A stretch of DNA of 32,000 bases from an uncultured Chloroflexia bacterium (GCA_963704755.1 OY969938.1:4200001-4232000); one strand, 5' to 3'. Counted from the first letter of the stretch, positions 16,062 through 25,375 are shown. Notes: generated by a model not told the origin, from the letters alone. A program made the numbers and translations.

Positions 16062-16933
16062 GATTGCAAATATTTATCCACCAACAGCGAAAGCTTCTGG
16101 CGCGTCTCGGCCGGTACGACGGCGGGGTTGGTGATGAGAGCTTTTTCCAGCGCATTGGCACATTCGCAGGTGCGGTCCCGGTCCTGCAGCATAGGCGCCA
16201 GATTACGAATGGTCTTTTGGGCAGCCTGGGTGTTCTGGGCCAGGGTCTTGACGACCATCTCCACGCTGACGGCCTCGGCAGTCTGGTGCCACACGTCGTA
16301 ATCGGTGATGTGGGCCAGGCAGGCGTAGCACAATTCGGCTTCCCGCGCCAGGAAAGCCTCCGGGGAGGCGGTCATGCCAATGATGGAAACGCCCCACGAA
16401 CGGAACAGGTGCGACTCGGCCTTGGTAGAAAAACGAGGGCCTTCGATCGTGATGAACGTGCCGCCTTTATGGGTATTGACCTCAGTTGAGACGGCGGCCT
16501 GGTACAATGCAGCTGAAAAATCCGGGCAGAATGGGTCAGCGGTGCTGACGTGGGCGACCAGGCCCTCACCAAAGAAGGTGCGTTTGCGGTCGCGGGTAAA
16601 ATCGATGATCTGGTCCGGGACAACGAATTCCCCGGGCTGATAGTCGTGGCGCAGCGATCCGCAGGCACTGATGCCGACCACATAGGAAACCCCCAGGGCT
16701 TTGAGGGCGTAGATGTTGGCGCGGTAATTGACCTCGCTGGGCAAAATGAAATGACCGATGCCGTGCCGGGCCAGAAAAGCAATCCGTACACCGGCCAGTT
16801 CGCCAATTATAATGGGCGAAGAGGGCTTGCCAAAGGGCGTATCGGTCTCTACGGTCTGGGTGTTTTCGAGGCCTTCGAAGGCATACAGGCCAGAACCGCC
16901 AATCACACCAAGGATGGGTCTATCCGACATCAT
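16058..16933 (-). CDS. mtnP: S-methyl-5'-thioadenosine phosphorylase
   Basis: GVIGGSGLY, PFGKPSSPIIIGELAGVRIAFLARHG, PSEVNYRANIYALKALGV and MTASPEAFLAREAELCYA are typical of MTAP. Confidence 0.9.
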   Translation of the reverse strand: MMSDRPILGVIGGSGLYAFEGLENTQTVETDTPFGKPSSPIIIGELAGVRIAFLARHGIGHFILPSEVNYRANIYALKALGVSYVVGISACGSLRHDYQPGEFVVPDQIIDFTRDRKRTFFGEGLVAHVSTADPFCPDFSAALYQAAVSTEVNTHKGGTFITIEGPRFSTKAESHLFRSWGVSIIGMTASPEAFLAREAELCYACLAHITDYDVWHQTAEAVSVEMVVKTLAQNTQAAQKTIRNLAPMLQDRDRTCECANALEKALITNPAVVPAETRQKLSLLVDKYLQS

Positions 16934-16954
16934 ATTTATTCTCCAGGTAGGGGA

Positions 16955-17398
16955 TTACTCCCCAGTTCGTTGTTTGGGAAGGATTTCGATGCGAAAACTG
17001 CTCTGACCGCAGCGGACCTCGTCACCAGAGACGACCACCGTCACGGTGGTCAGGCGTTCGTCGTTCAAGAACGTGCCGTTGGTCGAGCTCAGGTCTTCGA
17101 TCCACCATTGGTTCTGGTGATACGACAGGCGTGCATGGCGGGCTGAAACGGTCTCGTTGGGGATGGCAAAGGCACAGGTTGGGTCCCGGCCGATGATAAC
17201 CTCGGGTTTATTGTAGGTGGCTGTTTCGCCCTCCAGGAAGTCCAGGGGGGTCAGCAGTAATTCGGGGATGTGACGGGCTGCCAGCGATTGGGTGTGATAG
17301 CGTAAATCACGCCAAAGCGTATAGAGGCACCATCCCAGGAAGGCGTACAGGATGGCCGTCATTAGAATGCGAAGGATCAGTACGAGGATGCCACTCAT
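16955..17398 (-). CDS. FHA domain protein with N-terminal TM helix (FhaB/FipA-like)
   Basis: TM helix ILVLILRILMTAILYAFLGWCLY, followed by the FHA core IGRDPTCAFAIPNETVSARHARLSY..WWIEDLSSTNGTFLN. Confidence 0.8.
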   Translation of the reverse strand: MSGILVLILRILMTAILYAFLGWCLYTLWRDLRYHTQSLAARHIPELLLTPLDFLEGETATYNKPEVIIGRDPTCAFAIPNETVSARHARLSYHQNQWWIEDLSSTNGTFLNDERLTTVTVVVSGDEVRCGQSSFRIEILPKQRTGE

Positions 17399-17410
17399 GA
17401 TTTGAGTATA

Positions 17411-18166
17411 CTAGGTTGGTGTGGTTTCTCCACGTTTTGCCCCTTGGGTATTTTCTTCCCCGTAGATGAGCTGGACGCCGGCCAGTGAAATCACATCTCC
17501 GGGCTGCAAGGTGTATTGGTTGACGCGGTTGCCGTTGATATAGCTGCCCCCGGTAGAGTTCAGGTCGAAGAGGATCCATTTTCCGCGTACACAGCGGATT
17601 TGTGCGTGCCAGCGAGAAACGCGCAGGTCGTTCAGGACGACATGGTTGGTCTTCATCCGGCCGATGTTGGTGACCGGCTGTGAAAGGGGGTAAAAGTCGA
17701 CGCCGTGCAGGATGAGGAACGAGTTGACGCTGACCGTCTCGGGTGGATCCGCTTCTTCGATAGGCAGGAGGCGCAAAGCCTCGGTGGAACCTGAACCGGC
17801 CTGGTCGTAGTGGGCCTGGACGGTCAGGTCGTTGAGACTCAAGGAATCATCACTGGCCAGATGAATGGCCGGTGGTGCGGCGAACCGGGTGCCTGATTCG
17901 ATGACCGTATCCTGGAGAGCCTGGTTCAGCCAGTTCAGCCAGTCAGGGTGGTTTTGCCAGGCCAACACGTTATCCGGGTTCATCCCGAAAACAATATTGT
18001 TGGGCAGCAACTGGTTCTCGGCAGGGCTTTCGAAGAGTTGATTGCGTAAAGCCTCGGTGATCTGGCGGGCCAATCGCGGTTGGCGGTTCGGCCAGGGCAG
18101 CCAGGTGAAACGGTTTTCGATCAGGTTTTGCAGCTTTGATTCGATGAAATCGAGCTTGGACCTCAT
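17411..18166 (-). CDS. FhaA-like protein (DUF3662-type N-terminus plus C-terminal FHA domain)
   Basis: Preferred start is ATG 18166 (MRSKLDFIESKLQNLIENRF). C-terminal FHA: IGRMKTNHVVLNDLRVSRWHAQI..LFDLNSTGGSYINGNRV. The ORF-track start at 18208 is a TTG that lies inside repeat-like sequence. Confidence 0.75.
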   Translation of the reverse strand: MRSKLDFIESKLQNLIENRFTWLPWPNRQPRLARQITEALRNQLFESPAENQLLPNNIVFGMNPDNVLAWQNHPDWLNWLNQALQDTVIESGTRFAAPPAIHLASDDSLSLNDLTVQAHYDQAGSGSTEALRLLPIEEADPPETVSVNSFLILHGVDFYPLSQPVTNIGRMKTNHVVLNDLRVSRWHAQIRCVRGKWILFDLNSTGGSYINGNRVNQYTLQPGDVISLAGVQLIYGEENTQGAKRGETTPT

Positions 18167-18221
18167 AGGTGTAATTATATAACCTGTTTTACCTTGCCAG
18201 TCAGGCAAGGATTAATAAGTC

Positions 18222-18276
18222 CCCGAAATTGAGGTGTTTGCGCCGGCGAAGCCGGCGCAAACACCTCAATTTCGGG
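18222..18276. repeat. Divergent copy D of the palindrome family (55 nt, 26-bp arms, GAA loop)
   Basis: CCCGAAATTGAGGTGTTTGCGCCGGC-GAA-GCCGGCGCAAACACCTCAATTTCGGG. The outer-repeat-like motifs are weak: CCAGTCAGGC (18197-18206) and AGTTGAGCGGTTAG (18291-18304). Confidence 0.8.
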
Positions 18277-18312
18277 ATTCTTTCCTGTAAAGTTGAGCGG
18301 TTAGCAGGAAAA

Positions 18313-18813
18313 TTATATTTCGGTGTCATCGCCCGCGGTTTCGGAGGGGGCGGAGACCTGCCCCAGGCGAGCGTTGGTGAGTTTCGCCAGGTCCGCGACC
18401 GGCAGGCGCAGGTTGAGCCCGCGCTGGCCGCCGGAGACGTGAATTTTGTCGAAGTTCTGGGCGCTGCTATCCAGCACCACCTGGAAGCCGCGGTTGATCA
18501 GGGCCAGGGCGGAAATCCCGCCGGCTTGCAGGCCGGTCAGCGTTTCGGCTTCATGCTGGGTGGGCAGGTGCAGTTTCTTTTCTCCCAGGAAAGCGGCCAG
18601 GGCCTTGAGATCGACTTCGTTGGGGCCCGGGACGATAGCCAGGATGGGCTTGCCTTTTTCGCGAACGACCACGATCGTTTTGAACACTCTTTGCGGCTCG
18701 ACCCCCAGCAGGCGAGCGGTTTCGAGCGCACCCAGCTTTACAGCGGGCGTTTCGAAGGCCTCGAAAGGGATCTTCTTGGACGATAAGAGTCGAGTAACGT
18801 TGTTGGTGATCAT
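18313..18813 (-). CDS. ybaK: Cys-tRNA(Pro)/Cys-tRNA(Cys) deacylase YbaK
   Basis: Start ATG 18813 overlaps the upstream stop (ATGA). YbaK/EbsC-like blocks: FKTIVVV, KPILAIVPG, EVDLKALA, GGISALAL, IHVSGGQRGLNLRL. Confidence 0.8.
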   Translation of the reverse strand: MITNNVTRLLSSKKIPFEAFETPAVKLGALETARLLGVEPQRVFKTIVVVREKGKPILAIVPGPNEVDLKALAAFLGEKKLHLPTQHEAETLTGLQAGGISALALINRGFQVVLDSSAQNFDKIHVSGGQRGLNLRLPVADLAKLTNARLGQVSAPSETAGDDTEI

Positions 18814-19907
18814 GCCGGGTTTTTGTGATTGCCGCGGCTCTTGCCCGGGCGCAGGTAGATCGGGTTGCTGAAGATCCATCCGCGGCGCTGGCCCAGGTAG
18901 TGGATGTAGGCCTCCACCCGGTATACACCGGGCTGGTCGGTGATGTGGGTACAGACTTCCTGGTTTTTCCAGGCTTTGATCGTGCGCCCATCTTTTTTGA
19001 GGATGCACTCGGTCCGCAGCGGCAAGCGAATCTGCAAGGTCACCGAGCCGTTGACCGGCATTTCGTCACCCATGATGATCGAATTTTCGGCCGACTGTGC
19101 GCTGAAACGGAATCCGCGGGTGGGTTCGGGCAAGTCATAGCCGACGAAACAATGGCCGGCCCGGTAGGCCTGGTAGATCATCTTTCGGTCACTGACCAGG
19201 TCGCCTGTCAGCGGGTTGGGGGTAAAGATGTGGGTGTTGATGGCCCGGTAATGGAATTCGTAGGGGAAGATCGTCGCCTGGAGCGGCCCGGCTTTGACGT
19301 GCAGCATGTGGGCGTCCGATCCGCCGACGGCAACCACCCTGCGCCCTTTTTCGAGCAACCCGTCCCAACGGTCGAGGACTTCGGGGACCGGTCCCAGGGC
19401 GAGGAAATTGGGGAAGAGCGTATAAACCAAAGCGTCCACCCAGGAATTGATACGCACTTTCAGTTCGCTTAGCCCGTTCCATAATTCAATGCCAGTAAAC
19501 CGATCCACACTCCAATCGACCCAGGAGATGTCGTCTTCATGGACCATGGCCAGGGCCGGGTCTTTGGGATGGGCAATGAAACAAACCCCACCCGATTTGG
19601 CAACCTGGTCGATCAGGTTCTGCGGGCTTCCGGCGTAGGTGGCCATTTCACGGCCGGCGCCTAACACCAATAAATGGTTCTTCTGCGGCTGGCGGGCCTG
19701 GTCGTGGACCTCCTCGCCGATAAGCATCAATACCTTATGGCCGTTCCGGCGGTGGTAACCTTCCAGACCATTGACCAATACGTTATGATCGGTTACGATC
19801 ACTACGTCCAAACCAGCATTCAAGGCCGCTTCGGCGATGTCCTTGTGCAGGCCGGTCCCGTCGGAATAGCGGGTATGCATGTGCAAATTAGTAACAAGTT
19901 CGTGCAT
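18810..19907 (-). CDS. PHP-domain metallohydrolase (CehA/McbA-like)
   Basis: NLHMHTRYSDGTG, VVIVTDHN and GGSDAH are metal-binding motifs of the PHP fold. Confidence 0.75.
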   Translation of the reverse strand: MHELVTNLHMHTRYSDGTGLHKDIAEAALNAGLDVVIVTDHNVLVNGLEGYHRRNGHKVLMLIGEEVHDQARQPQKNHLLVLGAGREMATYAGSPQNLIDQVAKSGGVCFIAHPKDPALAMVHEDDISWVDWSVDRFTGIELWNGLSELKVRINSWVDALVYTLFPNFLALGPVPEVLDRWDGLLEKGRRVVAVGGSDAHMLHVKAGPLQATIFPYEFHYRAINTHIFTPNPLTGDLVSDRKMIYQAYRAGHCFVGYDLPEPTRGFRFSAQSAENSIIMGDEMPVNGSVTLQIRLPLRTECILKKDGRTIKAWKNQEVCTHITDQPGVYRVEAYIHYLGQRRGWIFSNPIYLRPGKSRGNHKNPA

Positions 19908-19912
19908 AAACG

Positions 19913-19943
19913 GTTGACGAATCCACCCTTCAAACGGTATAAT
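19913..19943 (+). promoter_or_regulatory. Candidate promoter for secG
   Basis: TTGACG (19913-19918), a 19-nt spacer (longer than optimal), then TATAAT (19938-19943). AGGAGG at 19961-19966 precedes the GTG at 19974. Confidence 0.3.
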
Positions 19944-19973
19944 TTTTTCGTTAACTTCTTAGGAGGAACAAGC

Positions 19974-20195
19974 GTGGGTAATTCCATTAATATTGCCTTG
20001 ATTATAATCTCAATCGCGTTGATTGCCAGCGTGATCTTTCAGAATAAGGGCGTTGGCCTGGGCGGGTTAACCGGGGCGGACAGCAGCCAGGTTTTCAGTG
20101 CACGGCGCGGCCTTGAGAAGACAGTCTTCAACATCACAATTGGGTTGAGCATTGTATTTGTTATTCTCACCATGCTGTCGGTGGCTTTCGGATAA
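19974..20195 (+). CDS. secG: Preprotein translocase subunit SecG
   Basis: In-frame GTG 19974, 7 nt after AGGAGG. 73 aa with two TM helices flanking a Gly-rich loop (FQNKGVGLGGLTGADSSQVFSARRG). The upstream part of ORF 19674-20195 is antisense to the PHP gene. Confidence 0.75.
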   Translation: MGNSINIALIIISIALIASVIFQNKGVGLGGLTGADSSQVFSARRGLEKTVFNITIGLSIVFVILTMLSVAFG

Positions 20196-20240
20196 ATCAC
20201 CGAGAATCAGCGTATCTTGCAGAAATATTTTCTAATCCGC

Positions 20241-20280
20241 AAGGCGACCAGCTCGTAAAAAGGGGCAGATCGCCTTTTTT
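20241..20280 (+). terminator. Candidate intrinsic terminator after secG
   Basis: AAGGCGA (20241-20247) pairs with TCGCCTT (20270-20276) and is followed by a T-run to 20280. The loop is large (22 nt), so this is weak. Confidence 0.35.
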
Positions 20281-20297
20281 ACATTCCCCCCCAACCT

Positions 20298-22013
20298 ATG
20301 AAAAAATTTAGATGGCAACTTTTAATCATTTTCCTGACCGGCATTGTGGTCGGGATATTGTTGTTGAGCGAACAGCCCAATTCGACCAATCGGCTTTCGC
20401 CAGAGCCGGCCAAAGGAGGAAATTACACTGAAGCGCTGACCGGGTCGATCCAACGGCTGAACCCGATCCTGGATTTCAATAACCAGGTGGACCAGGACGT
20501 GGACCGGCTGTTGTTCAGCCGCTTGATTACCTTCGACGAGCATGGCTACGCGGTGGGCGACCTGGCCCAGTCCTGGGGTAATTCCCAGGATGGCACCGTT
20601 TATACCATTGTCTTAAATTCCAAGGCAAAATGGCATGACGGAAAGCCGGTGACAACGGATGATATCGTCTATACAGTCAATCTCCTGAAAAATGGCGGCG
20701 ATGTGGTTCCCCAGGATATTCAGGATTTTTGGAAAGATATCGAGGTTGTCAAGCTGGATGACCACAACCTGCAATTTAAACTGCCGGAAGCCTACGCGCC
20801 TTTCCTGGATTACCTTTCCTTTGGGATCCTGCCGTCACACATCTTCAACGGGATGACCATCGACCAGGTTCAGCAGATGAACGTCAACCTTTCCCCCATT
20901 GGTTCGGGGCCCTACCAGTTCGACCAACTGCTGCTGGATAACGGCCAGATTACCGGTATTTCATTGAAGGCCTTCAGCGATTACTACGGTGACGAGCCCT
21001 TTATCCAACAGATTGTTTTCCGCTATTATGCCGACTCCGCTTCGGCTATGCAGGCCTACAAAGATGGGCAGGTCAACGGGATCGATCACGTGACCGGTGA
21101 CATTTTGCCGGCTGCATTGAACGAACCAAACCTTTCGATTTATACCGGCCGCTTGCCTGAGTTGAGCATGATCATGTTTAACTTGAACGATCCCCAATCC
21201 GCGTTTTTGCAAAACGCGGATGTACGCAAGGGACTGTACATGGGGATCAACCGCCAGTACATTGCCAACAAGGTTTTGAATGGCCAGGCTTTGCTGGCCA
21301 ATGGGCCAATCTTCCCTGGCACCTGGGCCTATTATGATGGCATCGCACCGGTGGACTATAACCCGGAGCGGGCCGTCCAGAACCTGGTGAATGCCGGCTA
21401 TACCATGCCGGCCGATGGCGGGACCACCCGCGTGGATAGCAGCGGGAACGCGCTTTCTTTTACCCTGCTCTACCCAGATGATGACCAGCACCTGGCCCTG
21501 GCGCAGGCTATCCAGAGCGAATGGCAAGACATGGGTGTCACCGTTAACCTGGAAGCCGTGGCATACGACGACCTGGTCAATAACCGCCTGACCAACCATG
21601 ATTTCCAGGCGGCCCTGGTGGACCTGAACCTGACCAACCTGCCCGACCCTGATCCATACCCGTTCTGGGATTCGGTCCAGGCTACGGGTGGCCAGAATTA
21701 CTCCCAGTGGAGTAACAAAATTGCCAGTGAATATCTGGAAGGCGCGCGGACGACCACCAACATGGATGACCGTATCCGCTACTACCGCAATTTCCAGGTG
21801 GTCTTCTCCGAGGACCAGCCGGCTTTGCCGCTGTTCTATCCTGTTTATAATTATGGGGTGGACCAGGCCGTCCAGGGCGTGCGGATGGGGCCGCTCCTGG
21901 ATCCTAGCGACCGCTTCGATACGGTCACGAAATGGTACCTGGTAGCCAATTCAGCAGGTACGGCGGCGGGTACGTCCGCTGCGACCACCGCAGCCACTAC
22001 CGCGGCACCCTGA
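20298..22013 (+). CDS. ABC transporter substrate-binding protein, family 5 (peptide/nickel type)
   Basis: 571 aa with an N-terminal signal-anchor (LLIIFLTGIVVGILLL). Its length and sequence blocks are typical of OppA/DppA-like SBPs. The C-terminal tail is Ala/Thr-rich. Confidence 0.85.
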   Translation: MKKFRWQLLIIFLTGIVVGILLLSEQPNSTNRLSPEPAKGGNYTEALTGSIQRLNPILDFNNQVDQDVDRLLFSRLITFDEHGYAVGDLAQSWGNSQDGTVYTIVLNSKAKWHDGKPVTTDDIVYTVNLLKNGGDVVPQDIQDFWKDIEVVKLDDHNLQFKLPEAYAPFLDYLSFGILPSHIFNGMTIDQVQQMNVNLSPIGSGPYQFDQLLLDNGQITGISLKAFSDYYGDEPFIQQIVFRYYADSASAMQAYKDGQVNGIDHVTGDILPAALNEPNLSIYTGRLPELSMIMFNLNDPQSAFLQNADVRKGLYMGINRQYIANKVLNGQALLANGPIFPGTWAYYDGIAPVDYNPERAVQNLVNAGYTMPADGGTTRVDSSGNALSFTLLYPDDDQHLALAQAIQSEWQDMGVTVNLEAVAYDDLVNNRLTNHDFQAALVDLNLTNLPDPDPYPFWDSVQATGGQNYSQWSNKIASEYLEGARTTTNMDDRIRYYRNFQVVFSEDQPALPLFYPVYNYGVDQAVQGVRMGPLLDPSDRFDTVTKWYLVANSAGTAAGTSAATTAATTAAP

Positions 22014-22057
22014 CCCCCGCTGGATAAATGCACGTCTGAAGAACGATTAGTACTCTC

Positions 22058-22098
22058 GTGAGGGTTATTGATCTGCTCGGCGGATCAATAACCCTCAC
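22058..22098 (+). terminator. 41-nt near-perfect palindrome downstream of the SBP gene (hairpin, no U-tract)
   Basis: GTGAGGGTTATTGATC (22058-22073) pairs with GATCAATAACCCTCAC (22083-22098). The apex GC-TCG-GC adds 2 bp. No T-run follows, so terminator function is uncertain. Confidence 0.35.
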
Positions 22099-22137
22099 CC
22101 TTAAACTCTCCTCAGGTGGGAAAGGGATGGATTACCG

Positions 22138-22695
22138 ATGAAGCAAAAATTCTATACCGGCAAAGGCGACCAGGGCTCGACCGGCCTGTTAGGCGACCGG
22201 CGGGTGATGAAATCCGATCAGCAGATCGAGGTGTTGGGGGCGTTGGATGAGGCCTCGGCAGCGCTGGGGCTGGCGCGCAGCCTGTCTGGCCCTGGTGAAG
22301 TCAATGAAACGGTCCTACAAGTGCAGCGTGACCTGTACCTGCTCATGGGGGAAGTGGCCGCCACACCGGAAAACGCCGCACGGTTTCGGGCTTTGTCGCC
22401 CGAAAGTCTGGCCTGGCTGGAGGGCCAGGTGAATAATTACGGCGGCCAGGTCGAAATGCCGGCGAAATTTATCGTCCCGGGTGACAGCCTGCTTTCGGCG
22501 GCCTTCAACCAGGCGCGGGCGGTGGTCCGCCGGGCGGAACGCGAACTGGTACGCCTGGGCCAGCAGCGTGCCCCGGAAAACCTGGAGCTCTTTCTGGCTT
22601 ATATGAACCGCTTATCCTCGTTGTGTTACGTTTTGGAATTATTCGTTATAAAGGCCGCCGGCGGCAATCCACCGACGCTGGTCGAAAAGGAATAG
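22138..22695 (+). CDS. ATP:cob(I)alamin adenosyltransferase, PduO type
   Basis: N-terminal KFYTGKGDQGSTGL, then VLGALDEASAALGLAR and FIVPGDS..ARAVVRRAEREL, typical of PduO/MMAB-type enzymes. Confidence 0.85.
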   Translation: MKQKFYTGKGDQGSTGLLGDRRVMKSDQQIEVLGALDEASAALGLARSLSGPGEVNETVLQVQRDLYLLMGEVAATPENAARFRALSPESLAWLEGQVNNYGGQVEMPAKFIVPGDSLLSAAFNQARAVVRRAERELVRLGQQRAPENLELFLAYMNRLSSLCYVLELFVIKAAGGNPPTLVEKE

Positions 22696-22696
22696 C

Positions 22697-23419
22697 ATGA
22701 TCGGCACAATCATCAACGCAGCAGCAATTATCCTGGGGGGAGCGGTGGGGCTGCTCCTGGGAGGTCGCCTGAAAGACGGTTTACGGCGGACGGTCGTGGC
22801 CGGTGTAGGTTTATTCACCATGGCTTTCGGGATTCAAATGTTTTTGACCACCCACAATGCCCTGGTGGTGTTGGGCAGTATCCTGATTGGAGCGCTGCTG
22901 GGGGAATGGTGGCGGGTCGAGGATGGCCTGGAAGGGTTGGGAAAATGGCTGGAGACGCGCTTTCTGGGGGGAAAGAATGGACAGGAAAGCAACGGCCAGT
23001 CGTCGCGCTTTGTGCGCGGCTTTTTCACAGCCTCGTTGTTATTTTGCGTCGGCCCTATGGCAATCCTGGGTTCGATCCAGGATGGCCTGACCGGAAATTT
23101 CCAAACCCTGGCAGTGAAGGCGATCCTGGACGGCTTCACCGCGATGGCGTTTGCCTCCACCCTGGGGGTAGGCGTACTGTTTTCGGCCGGCATGGTTTTC
23201 CTTTACCAGGGCGCGATTTCGTTGCTGGCATTTCAGGTGCAGGCGGTTGTTTCGGACGCGATGATGGCCGAGATGAATGCCACCGGCGGGGTGATTCTGA
23301 TCGCCCTGGCGATCAGCAGCCTGCTGGAGATCAAGAAAATCCGTTCGGGCAATTTCCTGCCCGGGCTGGTCATCGCGCCGCTGCTGGTGCTTTTAATGCA
23401 AAGGTTGGGAATATATTAA
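22697..23419 (+). CDS. DUF554 family membrane protein
   Basis: N-terminal MIGTIINAAAIILGGAVGLLLG and polytopic topology, as in YdfK/YqgA-like DUF554 proteins. Confidence 0.8.
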   Translation: MIGTIINAAAIILGGAVGLLLGGRLKDGLRRTVVAGVGLFTMAFGIQMFLTTHNALVVLGSILIGALLGEWWRVEDGLEGLGKWLETRFLGGKNGQESNGQSSRFVRGFFTASLLFCVGPMAILGSIQDGLTGNFQTLAVKAILDGFTAMAFASTLGVGVLFSAGMVFLYQGAISLLAFQVQAVVSDAMMAEMNATGGVILIALAISSLLEIKKIRSGNFLPGLVIAPLLVLLMQRLGIY

Positions 23420-23834
23420 ATTTCATGAAGAAAGCAGTTAGGCTGTTTACTTCACGAAATTTATTTGACTACCCAGTCTTTAAAGTCAAGAGTTCAGGAT
23501 TAGCAGAAAAAAATAATTCTGGGCAAGGTTGTTCAAATATCGACAATCAAAGGAATCAAAACTTTTCTACCTTTATATAAGGCAGAAATTTGAGTCATTT
23601 ATCATCAGGGCGAAGACGCGAAAGTTTACTTTGTTCAAGCGCTAATGCAAAACTTTTTTTCTAAGAATGATCGAATGCAAGCCTTAGAAGTACGATGAGT
23701 TTAAAATAAACACGACAGAAAAAATCCTTTATAAGTTGTACCTTCGAGAAACCGTGCCAGACGCTAATAGAAATGTCACGATTTCAAAGAAAACGAAAAG
23801 CAGGTAACAAAGGTCATACTTTTTAACTTATTCC

Positions 23835-23944
23835 GTAACTGCTCAGGCAAGTGCGCAAGGCGAGGGTGTTTTATTGTTTTTTGTGCGCGAAGCGCACAAA
23901 AAACAATAAAACACCCTAAACCTCTGCGGTAGCTAAGTAGTTGC
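23835..23944. repeat. Nested-palindrome element, copy E
   Basis: Outer GTAACTGCTCAGGC (23835-23848) and AGCTAAGTAGTTGC (23931-23944). Core 23863-23917 is AGGGTGTTTTATTGTTTTTTGTGCGC-GAA-GCGCACAAAAAACAATAAAACACCCT. CTTATT occurs at 23827-23832 and at 23945-23950. Confidence 0.8.
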
Positions 23945-23970
23945 CTTATTTCAAAAGAAACTGTTTTTAG

Positions 23971-24588
23971 TTATCCATTCTCTTTTTTACCTCTACGGAG
24001 TTGAATGTCAGCAATTATTCCAATGAGGACTGTCAGGCTAATTGAAACAAACAAAAATAGTATTCCCGCTGCAAAGCTGGGATTTTTGCATACATTGTTT
24101 GGCCCGAAAAAATCCTGAAAACAAAATTCTTCAAATTGACCTATAGTAATAAAAGATAAAATGCAAAGAGGGAAAAAAGAAATTAATGCAATTAAACCAG
24201 CAATGTAAGCAGCTTTTCTCTTTACCGTTTCTTTCATAAAAAACGAAAGCACAATTATTGTGCCACCAAGGAAGAAAGCTATCATGCCAGAAAAAGTAGT
24301 AATTCCGGTTACAATATCTATTACCGCATCACCTTGAGTAATTTTAATCCAAGGTAAAAAGGTGCTTAGAACAATTCCAGTTCCTGCAACAGCAGTAAAA
24401 TAACGAAGACTTGGAGAAAAGTTTTCTACAGAATTTGCCTGATCATCAACTAATTGCTGTTCTATAGATTTTTCTAGAGGTAATTGTCTTTTGTCGGTAG
24501 TTATTTTTGTTTGCGGGATAGGCACACCACAAAAAGAGCAAAAATTTGAATCTCCATTAATTTGGTTTCCGCAATTAGAACAATACAT
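23971..24588 (-). CDS. Zinc-ribbon protein with four TM helices (AT-rich island gene 2)
   Basis: N-terminal MYCSNCGNQINGDSNFCSFCG (CxxC-x10-CxxC) followed by four hydrophobic helices. AGGGGA lies upstream of the ATG. No family recognised beyond the zinc ribbon. Confidence 0.6.
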   Translation of the reverse strand: MYCSNCGNQINGDSNFCSFCGVPIPQTKITTDKRQLPLEKSIEQQLVDDQANSVENFSPSLRYFTAVAGTGIVLSTFLPWIKITQGDAVIDIVTGITTFSGMIAFFLGGTIIVLSFFMKETVKRKAAYIAGLIALISFFPLCILSFITIGQFEEFCFQDFFGPNNVCKNPSFAAGILFLFVSISLTVLIGIIADIQLRRGKKENG

Positions 24589-24646
24589 CTTTTTTCCCCT
24601 AGAGAATTACCTTTTGCTTTTCTATGAACAAAATCTTTCGAAAGGG

Positions 24647-25375
24647 TTATTTTATTTTTTCGTTGATGCTATCCTTACCTTCTTCATAATTTTGACTAGA
24701 CATAGCCATTAAAGCACCAATCCAATCGTTATAAGAGTAAAATTGGGTACTCTCAGCATCTGCATTAATATAATCAACGCTAAGATTTTGCAAAAACGAA
24801 TTGTAGTTATTGAGATACAAATAATCCATATTACCAGATCTTTTTAATCCATCATCCCATACCTGTAGAGTAAGATCCCATCCTCTCAAAGCTTCATCAA
24901 AATTGCTCTTTTCAGTGGTTAATGCAGAAGGCCAAGAGTTTTCTAATTGGTTATAATCGCTTTTTACATTTGCAAGTTGGTTCCTAAAATCACTATTGGT
25001 TACACCTTGCGAGGTCATAATATTTAATTTGTCTGATTCAATTAGAAATTGTTTCACCTCGGTTTTAAATTTTGCGGGTATTGAATTCTTTTGTATTGCA
25101 ATAACAATAAAGATTACAATAACAATAAAAATCAATCCTCCAAGAATCTTAGTTGCAGTTTTGAACCATTTATCGTCATCGATAAATCTATTAATATTAG
25201 TAGTACTGTTTTCTTCAATCTCTGGTTGTAAACCAATAATGCTATGTTTTTCTGCTTCTTTAAAAGCTGTTGCGTCTGAAACATAAAAGTTTTCATCATT
25301 TGTGGTAGGTGCTCCGCAAAAGGAGCAAAATTTTGAGTTATCAAGAATTTGTTTACCGCAGGCTGAACAATACAT
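24647..25375 (-). CDS. Zinc-ribbon protein with one TM helix and an extracytoplasmic helical domain (AT-rich island gene 1)
   Basis: N-terminal MYCSACGKQILDNSKFCSFCG, paralogous to the downstream gene. TM helix ILGGLIFIVIVIFIVIAI. AGAGGGAGAG lies upstream of the ATG. Confidence 0.6.
   Translation of the reverse strand: MYCSACGKQILDNSKFCSFCGAPTTNDENFYVSDATAFKEAEKHSIIGLQPEIEENSTTNINRFIDDDKWFKTATKILGGLIFIVIVIFIVIAIQKNSIPAKFKTEVKQFLIESDKLNIMTSQGVTNSDFRNQLANVKSDYNQLENSWPSALTTEKSNFDEALRGWDLTLQVWDDGLKRSGNMDYLYLNNYNSFLQNLSVDYINADAESTQFYSYNDWIGALMAMSSQNYEEGKDSINEKIK

Noticed and set aside
16064-17146. Plus-strand ORFs of 141 aa and 198 aa opposite mtnP and the FHA gene
   Set aside because: They are antisense to genes with strong family signatures and were treated as shadows.
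18814-19008. Upstream 65 codons of ORF 18313-19008
   Set aside because: They overlap the 3' end of the PHP gene in another frame and are Pro/Gly/Arg-rich. YbaK homology starts at M 18813, which forms an ATGA overlap with the PHP stop.
19674-19973. N-terminal 100 codons of ORF 19674-20195
   Set aside because: They are antisense to the PHP gene. SecG-like sequence begins only at GTG 19974, which has a strong AGGAGG in front of it.
20961-21599. 212-aa minus-strand ORF inside the substrate-binding protein gene
   Set aside because: It is antisense to a well-supported 571-aa SBP ORF and has no recognisable motifs.
22906-23580. 224-aa plus-strand ORF overlapping the DUF554 gene, and its 51-aa tail ORF (ATG 23425-23580)
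   Set aside because: The long version is an out-of-frame overlap of a good membrane-protein gene. The short tail ORF has no RBS and no recognisable features. It cannot be excluded as a small island gene, but it is not supported.
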